From an uncultured Gammaproteobacteria bacterium (GTDB lineage Bacteria; Patescibacteriota; Patescibacteriia; JAGVFQ01), in contig CAZFGO010000001.1 in NCBI GenBank assembly GCA_964518525.1, positions 21,971 to 63,651 on the forward strand: a DNA stretch of 41,681 nt. The letters are read 5' to 3'. Of the stretch, positions 1 to 8,174 are shown piece by piece. Every line of letters begins with the position of its first letter. The stretch's first letter is position 1. Below the pieces are notes generated by a model, which did not search any database, had not been told where the DNA came from, and saw only the letters and a program-made list of their open reading frames with translations. The position numbers were made by a program, and so were the translations under genes.

Positions 1-1415
1 TTGAATCCGGCTCCATGCCCTATGCCCAGTTGCATTATCCTTTTGAAAATAAGGAATTAATTGATTGTGTTAGAGATCCTTCGACTTCGTTCTCGCTCCA
101 CTCGAACTTCGCTCAGGATGACAAGCCCGCGGCTTGTCATTTCCCGGCTCAGTTTATTGCCGAAGGCGTGGATCAAACTCGCGGTTGGTTTTATACCCTA
201 ATGGTCCTCTCGACCGCCCTGTTTGACCAGCCGGCTTTCTTGAATTGTATTGTCAACGGCATTGTCCTCGCCGAAGACGGCCAGAAGATGAGCAAGCGAC
301 TCAAGAATTATCCCGAGCCCGAGCTGATCGTCAATCGCTACGGGGCTGACAGCCTGCGCTACTATCTCCTGGTTTCGCCGGCTATGAAAGCCGAAGACCT
401 GCGCTTTTCGGAGCGGGGAGTAGACGAGGTTTTGAAAAAATTTATCACAATTCTTTTGAATGTGGTCTCGTTCTATCGGATGTATGAAGAAACTAAGTTA
501 AAAGCCAATCCGCGATCGCCCCAGCTGCTCGATCGTTGGATTGTCTCACAAATTGAAAAGCTAAAGCAGGAAGTGACGAGTCAATTGGACGAGTATGATT
601 TGGTTAAGGCTTCGCGGCCGCTCTTGGATTTTGTGACCGATCTCTCGACCTGGTATCTGCGCCGCAGTCGTGAGCGGTTTAAGAGCGAGGGGAAGGACAA
701 GCATCAGGCGCTCGAAACCCTGAAGCATATTCTCCTGGAATTCTCCAAGATTCTGGCTCCATTTACTCCCTTTCTGGCTGAGAGAGTTTACCGGGAAGTT
801 GGTGGCGAAAAAGAATCGGTTCACCTCGAGACCTGGCCCAAATTTGATCTGAGTTTAGTTGAGGAAAGCCTACTCGGCGAAATGGAGCTCGTGCGTCAGA
901 TCGTAGAGCTGGGCCTGGCCGCTCGGGCCGCGGTCGGAATTAAGGTGCGTCAGCCTTTGCAAAAACTAAAGATTCAAGGGCCCCAAACGATCGAGGCTGG
1001 TTCGCCCGCTCAGCGTTTAGAGCGGGGCGAGTCGATCAACTTAATCAAAGATGAGTTGAATCTGAAAGAAATCGAATTCGTCTCAGAAATTAAATCTGAA
1101 GTCGGCTTCGAGCAAAAGACTGATGGGGAAATAACCGTCGCGCTCCAAACCGAGATCACGTCCGAGCTCGAAAAAGAAGGACTAGTGCGCGAGCTCGTCC
1201 GCCAGATCAATGCCCGGCGCAAGGAACTGGGTTTGACTATTAAGGATTCGGTGGTGATTAGCTACGAGACCCACTCTGCCGAGTTGAAGGAAGTGATTGA
1301 TCAATATGGTGAGAAGCTGGCCCAGAGCGTTTTGGCTCGAAAGATCGAGGAAGGTCCGGGCGGCGACGAGTTGAAGATTGATCACCAATCTATTAGAATT
1401 AAAATTATTAAATAA
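1..1415 (+). CDS. ileS: Isoleucyl-tRNA synthetase, C-terminal part (5' end lies outside the window)
   Basis: The frame is open from base 3 (..ESGSMPYAQLHYPFEN). DQTRGWFYTL and KMSKRLKNYPEP (KMSKS loop) are type-2 class I IleRS signatures. An anticodon-binding-like C-terminal region follows. Confidence 0.9.
   Translation, partial: ESGSMPYAQLHYPFENKELIDCVRDPSTSFSLHSNFAQDDKPAACHFPAQFIAEGVDQTRGWFYTLMVLSTALFDQPAFLNCIVNGIVLAEDGQKMSKRLKNYPEPELIVNRYGADSLRYYLLVSPAMKAEDLRFSERGVDEVLKKFITILLNVVSFYRMYEETKLKANPRSPQLLDRWIVSQIEKLKQEVTSQLDEYDLVKASRPLLDFVTDLSTWYLRRSRERFKSEGKDKHQALETLKHILLEFSKILAPFTPFLAERVYREVGGEKESVHLETWPKFDLSLVEESLLGEMELVRQIVELGLAARAAVGIKVRQPLQKLKIQGPQTIEAGSPAQRLERGESINLIKDELNLKEIEFVSEIKSEVGFEQKTDGEITVALQTEITSELEKEGLVRELVRQINARRKELGLTIKDSVVISYETHSAELKEVIDQYGEKLAQSVLARKIEEGPGGDELKIDHQSIRIKIIK
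118..140. repeat. Perfect 9-bp inverted repeat (ATGACAAGC-ccgcg-GCTTGTCAT) inside the ileS coding sequence
   Basis: Read directly from the sequence. It encodes DDKPAACH, within a segment that looks like an insertion relative to other IleRS enzymes. Confidence 0.8.
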
Positions 1416-1430
1416 TAATCAGCTAAAATT

Positions 1431-2417
1431 ATGATGACCATCAAGCAGATTTACGATCTTGCCATTAAGCTTGGCATCGAACACGACCTTCGCGGTCGAG
1501 ACACGGTGCGAAAAAATCTGAAGCGCACTCGCGAGCGTTACGAGCGATTAACTCCGGCACAAAAGAAAGAATTTGATCTCGAGAAACTCACCAATCCTTT
1601 TTCTGATACGCGGATTTCGGTGGGCAAGCCGGATACTCCGGTGCGACGGGTGATGGTGGGAATTGATATTGACGCGGCTGAACTCATGATCGCCAAGCAC
1701 CTCTCGGAACACCAGGCCAAGCCCATCGACCTCGTGATGTCCCATCATCCCCAGGGTCTGGCCTTGGCGGGTTTGGACGAAGTGATGCACATGCAGGCCG
1801 AGGTTTTGGCTCTCTATGGCGTGCCCATTAACATCGCCGAGAGTTTGCTCGAGGTCAGAATCTCTGAGGTTAGCCGTGGAATCTCTCCAGGCAATCATTA
1901 TAAGTCAGTGGATGCGGCCCGGAACCTGGGTTTGAATCTGATGTGCGTGCACACGCCCTCGGATAACCTAGTGGCGAGCTTTGTGAGTAAGATTATCAAA
2001 CGCGAAAAGCCCGAGTACGTGAGTGATCTCATTGCTCTCCTAAAAAAGATTCCCGAATATATAGAAGCGGTCAAACGCAAGGCTGGTCCAAGAATTTTTG
2101 CGGGTAGTGAGGAACATCGTTGCGGCAAGATCGCTCTGACCGAGATCACTGGCGGCACCGAGGGTTCGCCCAAGATCTATGAGAAAATGTCCCAGGCCGG
2201 AATCGGCACCGTGGTGGGCATGCATATGTCTGAGGAACACAAAAAAGAAGCCGAGAAGGCGCACATCAACGCCATTATCGCTGGTCACATGTCTTCCGAT
2301 TCGATCGGCATGAATTTATTCTTGGATGAGCTCGAAAAGCGGGGAATCGAGATCATACCTTGCAGCGGTTTGATTCGAGTGAGTCGAGTTAAGAAGCAGC
2401 GGGTCAAGAGTAAATAG
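1431..2417 (+). CDS. NIF3-like (DUF34) dinuclear-metal-centre family protein
   Basis: Three His-containing motifs have NIF3-like spacing: MSHHPQG, CVHTPSDN and AGHMSSDS. The N-terminus is atypical, so this is a family-level call only. Confidence 0.55.
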   Translation: MMTIKQIYDLAIKLGIEHDLRGRDTVRKNLKRTRERYERLTPAQKKEFDLEKLTNPFSDTRISVGKPDTPVRRVMVGIDIDAAELMIAKHLSEHQAKPIDLVMSHHPQGLALAGLDEVMHMQAEVLALYGVPINIAESLLEVRISEVSRGISPGNHYKSVDAARNLGLNLMCVHTPSDNLVASFVSKIIKREKPEYVSDLIALLKKIPEYIEAVKRKAGPRIFAGSEEHRCGKIALTEITGGTEGSPKIYEKMSQAGIGTVVGMHMSEEHKKEAEKAHINAIIAGHMSSDSIGMNLFLDELEKRGIEIIPCSGLIRVSRVKKQRVKSK

Positions 2418-2450
2418 TGGTGCAACAAGATTTAAGGATTTAAATGGTTT

Positions 2451-3044
2451 ATGATTTCCTATCTCAGGGGTCGAGTGAAAAATCGCGGTGAAGATTATTT
2501 GATCTTGGAAGTAGCCAATGTAGGTTACCGGGTTTTTGTGACCAAGAATTTACTCGATCGAGTGAAAGAGGGCAGTGAACTCGAGCTCTACACTTATCAA
2601 TTTGTTCGCGACGATGCCATTGACCTTTATGGTTTTTCAACGATTGAGGAGTTAAAATTTTTTGAGCAGTTGAATACGGTTTCGGGTATTGGTCCTCGTT
2701 CGGCCCTAGCCGTGCTCGAGGCCGCACCGGTTGAAGAGATTGTTAAGGCCGTTCTGGCCGGCGATAAGAAGAGTCTGGTTGGGGTTTACGGCTTGAACGA
2801 GAAAAAGGCGGAAAAAATTATTTTGGAATTAAAGAATAAAGTGACAAAGCTCGAAGCCCAGTTGGTGGCTCAGGGTCGGCAGGCCAAGTCTCGAGCGCCG
2901 GAGGAGATTAATTTGGTTGAGGCCTTGGTGGGTTTGGGTTATTCGGCTGAGCAGGCGCGAATGGCCTTGCGAGAGCTGCCCGAGGATTTGACCAAGCCAG
3001 AAGAGAGGCTGCGGGCGGCGTTAAAGGTTTTAGGGAAAAAATAA
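2451..3044 (+). CDS. ruvA: Holliday junction branch-migration complex subunit RuvA
   Basis: The N-terminus MISYLRGRV...VGYRVFV is RuvA-like. There are helix-hairpin-helix GIGPRSALAVL and LNEKKAEKII motifs and a C-terminal domain III (LVGLGYSAEQA). Confidence 0.9.
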   Translation: MISYLRGRVKNRGEDYLILEVANVGYRVFVTKNLLDRVKEGSELELYTYQFVRDDAIDLYGFSTIEELKFFEQLNTVSGIGPRSALAVLEAAPVEEIVKAVLAGDKKSLVGVYGLNEKKAEKIILELKNKVTKLEAQLVAQGRQAKSRAPEEINLVEALVGLGYSAEQARMALRELPEDLTKPEERLRAALKVLGKK

Positions 3045-3050
3045 AGAGAA

Positions 3051-3593
3051 ATGTATCAAAGGAGGGAGAGAAAATTAAATAGATTAAGAGAATATGATTA
3101 TTCCCAGGCCGGATGGTATTTTATAACCATTTGTACCCAAAACCGTGAATGTTTGTTTGGTGAGGTAAAGTATGGTGAGATGGTGTTAAATAAATTTGGT
3201 AAAATTGTAGAAAATCAATGGTTAGGGTTGGAAAAACATTTTGATTGTATTCATTTGGACGAATGGATTATAATGCCAAATCATTTACATGGCATTATCG
3301 AATTATTAAAAAATAATAACGTAGGGAACGCACAAGTAGGGAACGCACAAGTGCGTTCCCTACAAGATGATCGAACCAAAATGTTGTTATCGAAGATAAT
3401 TCATGGATTTAAAGCAGCCGTGACGAAGGAAATAAATAAAATTCAAAACGATTTACATTTCCAATGGCAAAAATCATTTTACGATCATATCATCCGTGAC
3501 GAACGCGATTTAAACCGTATTCGGAAATATATTATTGAGAATCCGATCAAATGGGAATTCGACCAAAGGAATATCGAAAATTTATATCTGTAA
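3051..3593 (+). CDS. HUH/Y1 single-strand transposase-like protein (RAYT / IS200-like, COG1943-type)
   Basis: HUH motif MPNHLHGII. C-terminal FYDHIIRDERDL..IRKYIIENPIKW carries the catalytic-Tyr helix typical of REP-associated tyrosine transposases. The gene is AT-rich relative to its neighbours. No terminal hairpins flank it: it starts 7 nt after ruvA and ends 3 nt before femAB. Confidence 0.75.
   Translation: MYQRRERKLNRLREYDYSQAGWYFITICTQNRECLFGEVKYGEMVLNKFGKIVENQWLGLEKHFDCIHLDEWIIMPNHLHGIIELLKNNNVGNAQVGNAQVRSLQDDRTKMLLSKIIHGFKAAVTKEINKIQNDLHFQWQKSFYDHIIRDERDLNRIRKYIIENPIKWEFDQRNIENLYL
3321..3363. repeat. Tandem 15-bp duplication (GTAGGGAACGCACAA x2) ending in a perfect 13-bp palindrome (GTAGGGAACGCAC-aa-GTGCGTTCCCTAC)
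   Basis: Read directly: 3321-3335 equals 3336-3350, and 3336-3348 is the reverse complement of 3351-3363. It lies in frame in the HUH gene and encodes VGNAQVGNAQVRSLQ. Confidence 0.95.
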
Positions 3594-3596
3594 TTT

Positions 3597-4592
3597 ATGA
3601 AAATTATTGAAATAAAGGACCAAGATCGCTGGAACAAATTTGTGGCCGAAAACGGGTCACAATTTTTAGAATCAGCTGACTGGGCTGATTTCCAGGAGAA
3701 CTTGGGACGCCGGGTTTGGCGCCTAGCTCTTGTTCATGATTCGAGAGAAAATGAGATTTTGGCCGTGGCTTTGGTGATCAAGTATTTTTTACCCCTCGAC
3801 CAAAATTATCTTTACTCGCCGCGTGGACCAATCGTCGAGACCAAAAATTATTTCAATCTCCTCATTAATAAAATTAAAGAGATTGCCCAGAAAGAAAATT
3901 CGATTTTTATTAGGCTAGAACCGACTAGCGAGAAACAAAAAGTTTTACTCGAGTCTTTGCGTGAAACTGGTTTTAGAGAATCAAAACCGATTCAACCTAA
4001 AGACGAGTGGCGACTCAACTTAGCGCCGAGCGAAGAAGAGATACTTCGGGCCTTGCATCCTAAAACTCGTTATAATATTGGTCTGGCCAAGAAATACGGT
4101 ATCAAAATTAGGTTGGGTCAGGGCGAGGCTGATTTCAGAGAATTTTGGCGAATGATTTCTGAAACTTACGAGCGAAAAGAATTGAAGACTCATCCCCAAG
4201 ATTATTATTATCAGATGTCGAAACTGAAATCGGTCAGATTCTTTCTAGCCGAATATCAGGGCCGAGTTTTGGCGGCCAATCTCTTGGCTTTTTTTGGCCA
4301 GACGGTTTATTATCTTCATGGCGGTTCGGGCCAGGATCAGAAGAGGGTTATGGCGCCTTATTGGCTTTTCTGGCAGAACATCTTCGAAGCCAAACGCGCT
4401 GGTTATAATTACTTTAATTTTGGCGGCATCGCACCCGCCTCGAGCGCTAGCCCGCATCCCTGGCTGGGGTTGACGAGATTTAAGAAGGGATTTGGCGGCC
4501 AGGAAGTCAATTATCTCGGGACATGGGATTTACCAATCAAGCGAACTTGGTTTTGGCTCTATCGATTGACCAAAAAATTATTTAGTCGTTGA
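3597..4592 (+). CDS. FemAB-family peptidoglycan interpeptide-bridge aminoacyltransferase (lipid II:aminoacyl transferase type)
   Basis: Family motifs HPKTRYNIGLAKKYG, YYLHGGS and LTRFKKGFGG, at about 330 aa. Confidence 0.8.
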   Translation: MKIIEIKDQDRWNKFVAENGSQFLESADWADFQENLGRRVWRLALVHDSRENEILAVALVIKYFLPLDQNYLYSPRGPIVETKNYFNLLINKIKEIAQKENSIFIRLEPTSEKQKVLLESLRETGFRESKPIQPKDEWRLNLAPSEEEILRALHPKTRYNIGLAKKYGIKIRLGQGEADFREFWRMISETYERKELKTHPQDYYYQMSKLKSVRFFLAEYQGRVLAANLLAFFGQTVYYLHGGSGQDQKRVMAPYWLFWQNIFEAKRAGYNYFNFGGIAPASSASPHPWLGLTRFKKGFGGQEVNYLGTWDLPIKRTWFWLYRLTKKLFSR

Positions 4593-4616
4593 TCAAGGAG
4601 TTCTAATCAGTTAGTT

Positions 4617-5585
4617 ATGTTTGATTTTTTTTCGACAGCAGAATACCGAACCATTGTGGGCTTATTTGGTCGCGGGCCGATCAAAAAGATTTCCTATTTT
4701 AGAAGGGGGTTTCACGCTGCACGAGTAATGGTCCAAACCTCCAAAGGAAATTTTGTTATTTCTAAATATCATTTATCTAATCGGAATGATTTGGTCAGTA
4801 AGTCAAAGAAATCATTACAGTACGAAATCGATCTCCTGAACGATTTGAGATTCTCGGTGACGCCCCATTATTTGAGGTCTCGTTCCGGAGATTATATCTT
4901 GGATTTTGGTGGTTATTCGATGACCGTTTATGAATATCTGCCAGGCCATGTACCGAAAGTTATCAAACCAATTATGGCTCGCCAACTAGGAAATTTTTTA
5001 GGTAGATTTCATGAGCGGGGCAAAAAATTTCGGCGAGTTCTTGCTGGCCGAAGAAAGTTTTATGATCTCTCACCTCGCGTCTTGGCCAAAATGAATTTTT
5101 CGGCCTCGAGACAAACTCGACTTCTTTTAAAATCAGTGGTAACTGAGATTAGGGCCGGGGTAGTCGATAATCTTCTATCACGGAACTTACCTCATGGCCC
5201 GATCCACGTTGACCTCAAGCCGGATAATGAACTTTTCGTTGGTCAAAAACTCAGCGGCGTAATTGATTTTGGTAATTTTTATATCGGACCGTATCTCTTG
5301 GATCTCGGTAAAACTATCATGTGGAATTGTTCATCTGGCGGAAAAATTGATCCGATCTTATTCCGCGAATTGATGAGGGGCTATTTAGCTAAGAGGCTTT
5401 TAAATAAGGCCGAGCGCTCCTTAATCAGAAAATCAATTCTTTTTGCTATCTATAGCCATATCTGGGTTGATCTCTATCACAGCTCGATTGATTATGTCCC
5501 AGAGAGTTATACTTTGTTTTTGGTCAAGACTTTTTTACCAGTGGCGCGATGGCTCCAAAATCAAAATAATTTTAATTACCAATAA
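4617..5585 (+). CDS. Kinase-fold phosphotransferase (APH / homoserine-kinase type II / choline-kinase superfamily)
   Basis: Catalytic loop HVDLKPDNELF followed by the IDFGNF (DFG-like) motif. The N-terminal lobe resembles ThrB2/CotS-type kinases. The substrate cannot be read from the sequence. Confidence 0.65.
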   Translation: MFDFFSTAEYRTIVGLFGRGPIKKISYFRRGFHAARVMVQTSKGNFVISKYHLSNRNDLVSKSKKSLQYEIDLLNDLRFSVTPHYLRSRSGDYILDFGGYSMTVYEYLPGHVPKVIKPIMARQLGNFLGRFHERGKKFRRVLAGRRKFYDLSPRVLAKMNFSASRQTRLLLKSVVTEIRAGVVDNLLSRNLPHGPIHVDLKPDNELFVGQKLSGVIDFGNFYIGPYLLDLGKTIMWNCSSGGKIDPILFRELMRGYLAKRLLNKAERSLIRKSILFAIYSHIWVDLYHSSIDYVPESYTLFLVKTFLPVARWLQNQNNFNYQ

Positions 5586-5590
5586 TTTTT

Positions 5591-6310
5591 ATGATCAAAA
5601 AAGCAGTGATCGCAGCAGCTGGTCGGGGGACGAGGATGCTCGATTTATCCAAAGATCGACCCAAACACCTGATCGAAGTGGGCGGCAAACCGTTCCTCTA
5701 TTATCTCTTGACCAATCTGAAACAAGCCGGTCTAACCGACTTGATTATGGTTATTGGTTATAAAAAGGAAGCCATGACGCAGTTCAGCCGGCGTTATAGC
5801 GGAGAGTTTAAAATAACCGTGATCAATCAATTTGAACGCCTGGGTGACAAATATGGCAGTGCCTGTCCAATTGAATGTGTCGAGGATTTAATCCAGGAAG
5901 ACTTTATTTCGGTAAATGGCGACAATCTCTATTCTCCCGGCGACCTCAAGCAAATGAAAATCGAAGATCAGTTTACTTATGTGGCTGGCCTTGAGCATTC
6001 GAATCCCCAAAAGTATGGAGTTTTAAAGCGCGGTGAGGACGATTTTCTGGAAAGGATTATTGAAAAGCCAAGCGAACCCGTAGGCAACTTGATCAATATT
6101 GGACTCTATAAATTTACGCCCGAGATTTTTGGGGCGGTAAAACAGATTCACTTATCGCCGCGGGGTGAGTACGAACTAACTGATGCTATTTCACTTTTGG
6201 CCCGAGAAAAAAAGGTCAAGATCAAAATGGCTCAGGACTATTGGTTAGATTTTGGTAAGCCCGCCGACATTGAGACCATTGAGAAGTTTCTATCTGAGAG
6301 AAAGATCTAG
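5591..6310 (+). CDS. Sugar-phosphate (or phospho-alcohol) nucleotidyltransferase, short NTP_transferase family
   Basis: N-terminal KAVIAAAGRGTRM (GxGTR signature). The 239-aa size matches the MurU/LicC/short RfbA class. It starts 5 nt after the kinase stop. Confidence 0.75.
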   Translation: MIKKAVIAAAGRGTRMLDLSKDRPKHLIEVGGKPFLYYLLTNLKQAGLTDLIMVIGYKKEAMTQFSRRYSGEFKITVINQFERLGDKYGSACPIECVEDLIQEDFISVNGDNLYSPGDLKQMKIEDQFTYVAGLEHSNPQKYGVLKRGEDDFLERIIEKPSEPVGNLINIGLYKFTPEIFGAVKQIHLSPRGEYELTDAISLLAREKKVKIKMAQDYWLDFGKPADIETIEKFLSERKI

Positions 6311-6326
6311 AAAATAAAAAAAGTTT

Positions 6327-6357
6327 GGGTAATTCATAAATTACCCTAATTTTTTTT
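6327..6357. terminator. Bidirectional intrinsic terminator between convergent genes
   Basis: GGGTAATT-cata-AATTACCC stem, flanked by an A-run upstream and a T-run downstream. Confidence 0.6.
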
Positions 6358-8140
6358 ATCGAGTTACCACGCCTTTACCCTTGACCGTTGGGTCGGTATC
6401 AAGATTGGTCGTAACGCCGTCACGGGTTTGATTTATTTGGCCTTGAGTTTCACTATCAGTCGCCTGGAGATTAGTTTCGGGGATTAGAATTAAAATACGA
6501 CCGGCCTGATCACTGGTCGGAGTGATGCTCAATTCGAAATTAGCCGTGAGGGCAGAAGTGCCGAGCGGAATTCGATTGATGGTCCAGGCGATTTGGCGGG
6601 TTGCCGGATTGAAATCAAGCTGACCGGCTTTGAGATTAGTCTTGCCAGTCCAACTGACGCTAGTTGGCAGCGAAGTCGAGATTTTAACATTAGTGGCTTC
6701 ATGCAGAGTGTTGGTGAGGGTCCAGAAGATTTGATAATTAGTTTGTTCGCCAACCTTGGGCGGAATTGGTCCCGAACCAATAGCGATATTGTCGTCATTA
6801 AAGTAGCGACCCTCGACTTTGAGATTTAAATCAGTGTTGGTTTTGGTGGCGATTTGGTTGCTCGGAACGGAAACCGTGCTGGTCTGGCCATTCATCTGGC
6901 CAATAATTAATTCCGCCGAGCTCTTGATTGCCATGGCAGCCGGTCCGAGGCCACTAAGCTGATCGAGAGTCTTGGTCTTGATTTTAAAATCAAGACTACC
7001 TTCATTGCCGGGTGGCAGAAGAGCGAGACCTGGGACCGTATTTTTGCTCCAGATGATCTCGTTGCCATTGATTGTTCCTTTATTTTTGTCTTCAAGTGTT
7101 GACCAATCGAGAATTTGAGAATCGAGTGTGGCCTGAATTTTGATGTCGCTGATAGTCGCTTGACCGTTGTTACGATAAATAATTGAATAATTGAGATAGT
7201 CACCGGCCGTGATTGGCTGATCAGTGGTTTGACCATTAATAATCAAGTTTAAAATTAAACCCTCTTTAACTATTTCGGTGGTGAGCGTTTTTTCTTCATT
7301 CAAGTATAAGTTATCGCCTTCTTTTAATTCAATTCGGGCTTTTAAGTTTTTCTGGCCACTGCTTTCGGGCGAAAAATTTCCAGTGAGGTCGATGGTTTGT
7401 TCTTGGTTGGGATTAAGGTTATCTTTATACCAGATATTGCCACTCTGATCGTTGGTTAATTTTTCTGAGCTCGGCTCCGGGCTGATGGTGCCGGGAGAGA
7501 AGTCGCTGGGATAGAAAATCGTGATTTTGGCGTTGACAGTTCGGTCCGGCAAATTATTTTTGTATTTGATTTCGTAAGTTACTTTGTCCCTGGGGCTAAT
7601 CTGAGCCGGCCCGGAAAAATCCAGTGTTAAAATCGAACTAGTTACCTCGGTATTAAAAGAGGCGGTCTGTTGAAATTCCGAACTAAAATTAGCCGGCTCA
7701 TAAGAAAGGTTGGCGGTAACCGTGGCGGTGCCGGTATCCTGAACCAATTTCCCTTTAATCTCAATCTCACCGGTTTGGCCGACTTTCAAGGTACCGAGAT
7801 TCCAGGTATTAATCCGATTAGTCGCCTGATCGGCTTGAGTCGCGGAAGAGGAAAGTGGGTTAGTTTCTTTTAGATTAAAACCGTTGGGTAGATAAGCGGT
7901 GAGTACCACTCGATTCAGATTAACCCTCTCTTGGTTACCGTATTTGATCAGATAGGAGACGTCTTGGCCTGAGAGAAGAGTGGTTGGACCACTGATATCT
8001 AGCCTGATCCGATCGTTTTCAAATCTTTGAGCCGGGTTTAGGATCAGCCAGGCAGCCCAAACCAGGATACCGATGATAACCAGACCGATTAAGAGATAAA
8101 TTATTTTTTTCCTCCTAGTTTGCTTTTCTAATTTTGACAT
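6356..8140 (-). CDS. Membrane-anchored surface protein with repeated DUF11/CARDB-like beta-sandwich modules
   Basis: An N-terminal TM helix (IIYLLIGLVIIGILVWAAWLIL) is followed by at least four divergent repeats. These have the pattern G..V.Y.I.Y.N.....N..I...LP..F. No LPXTG motif is present. Confidence 0.55.
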   Translation of the reverse strand: MSKLEKQTRRKKIIYLLIGLVIIGILVWAAWLILNPAQRFENDRIRLDISGPTTLLSGQDVSYLIKYGNQERVNLNRVVLTAYLPNGFNLKETNPLSSSATQADQATNRINTWNLGTLKVGQTGEIEIKGKLVQDTGTATVTANLSYEPANFSSEFQQTASFNTEVTSSILTLDFSGPAQISPRDKVTYEIKYKNNLPDRTVNAKITIFYPSDFSPGTISPEPSSEKLTNDQSGNIWYKDNLNPNQEQTIDLTGNFSPESSGQKNLKARIELKEGDNLYLNEEKTLTTEIVKEGLILNLIINGQTTDQPITAGDYLNYSIIYRNNGQATISDIKIQATLDSQILDWSTLEDKNKGTINGNEIIWSKNTVPGLALLPPGNEGSLDFKIKTKTLDQLSGLGPAAMAIKSSAELIIGQMNGQTSTVSVPSNQIATKTNTDLNLKVEGRYFNDDNIAIGSGPIPPKVGEQTNYQIFWTLTNTLHEATNVKISTSLPTSVSWTGKTNLKAGQLDFNPATRQIAWTINRIPLGTSALTANFELSITPTSDQAGRILILIPETNLQATDSETQGQINQTRDGVTTNLDTDPTVKGKGVVTR

Positions 8141-8174
8141 ATTGAGGTTTTTTTGTTTTGTTTTTTAACTAGAG

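Noticed and set aside
5443-5763. 106-aa ORF bridging the kinase and nucleotidyltransferase genes.
   Set aside because: It is out of frame with two well-supported genes and has no SD or recognisable motifs.
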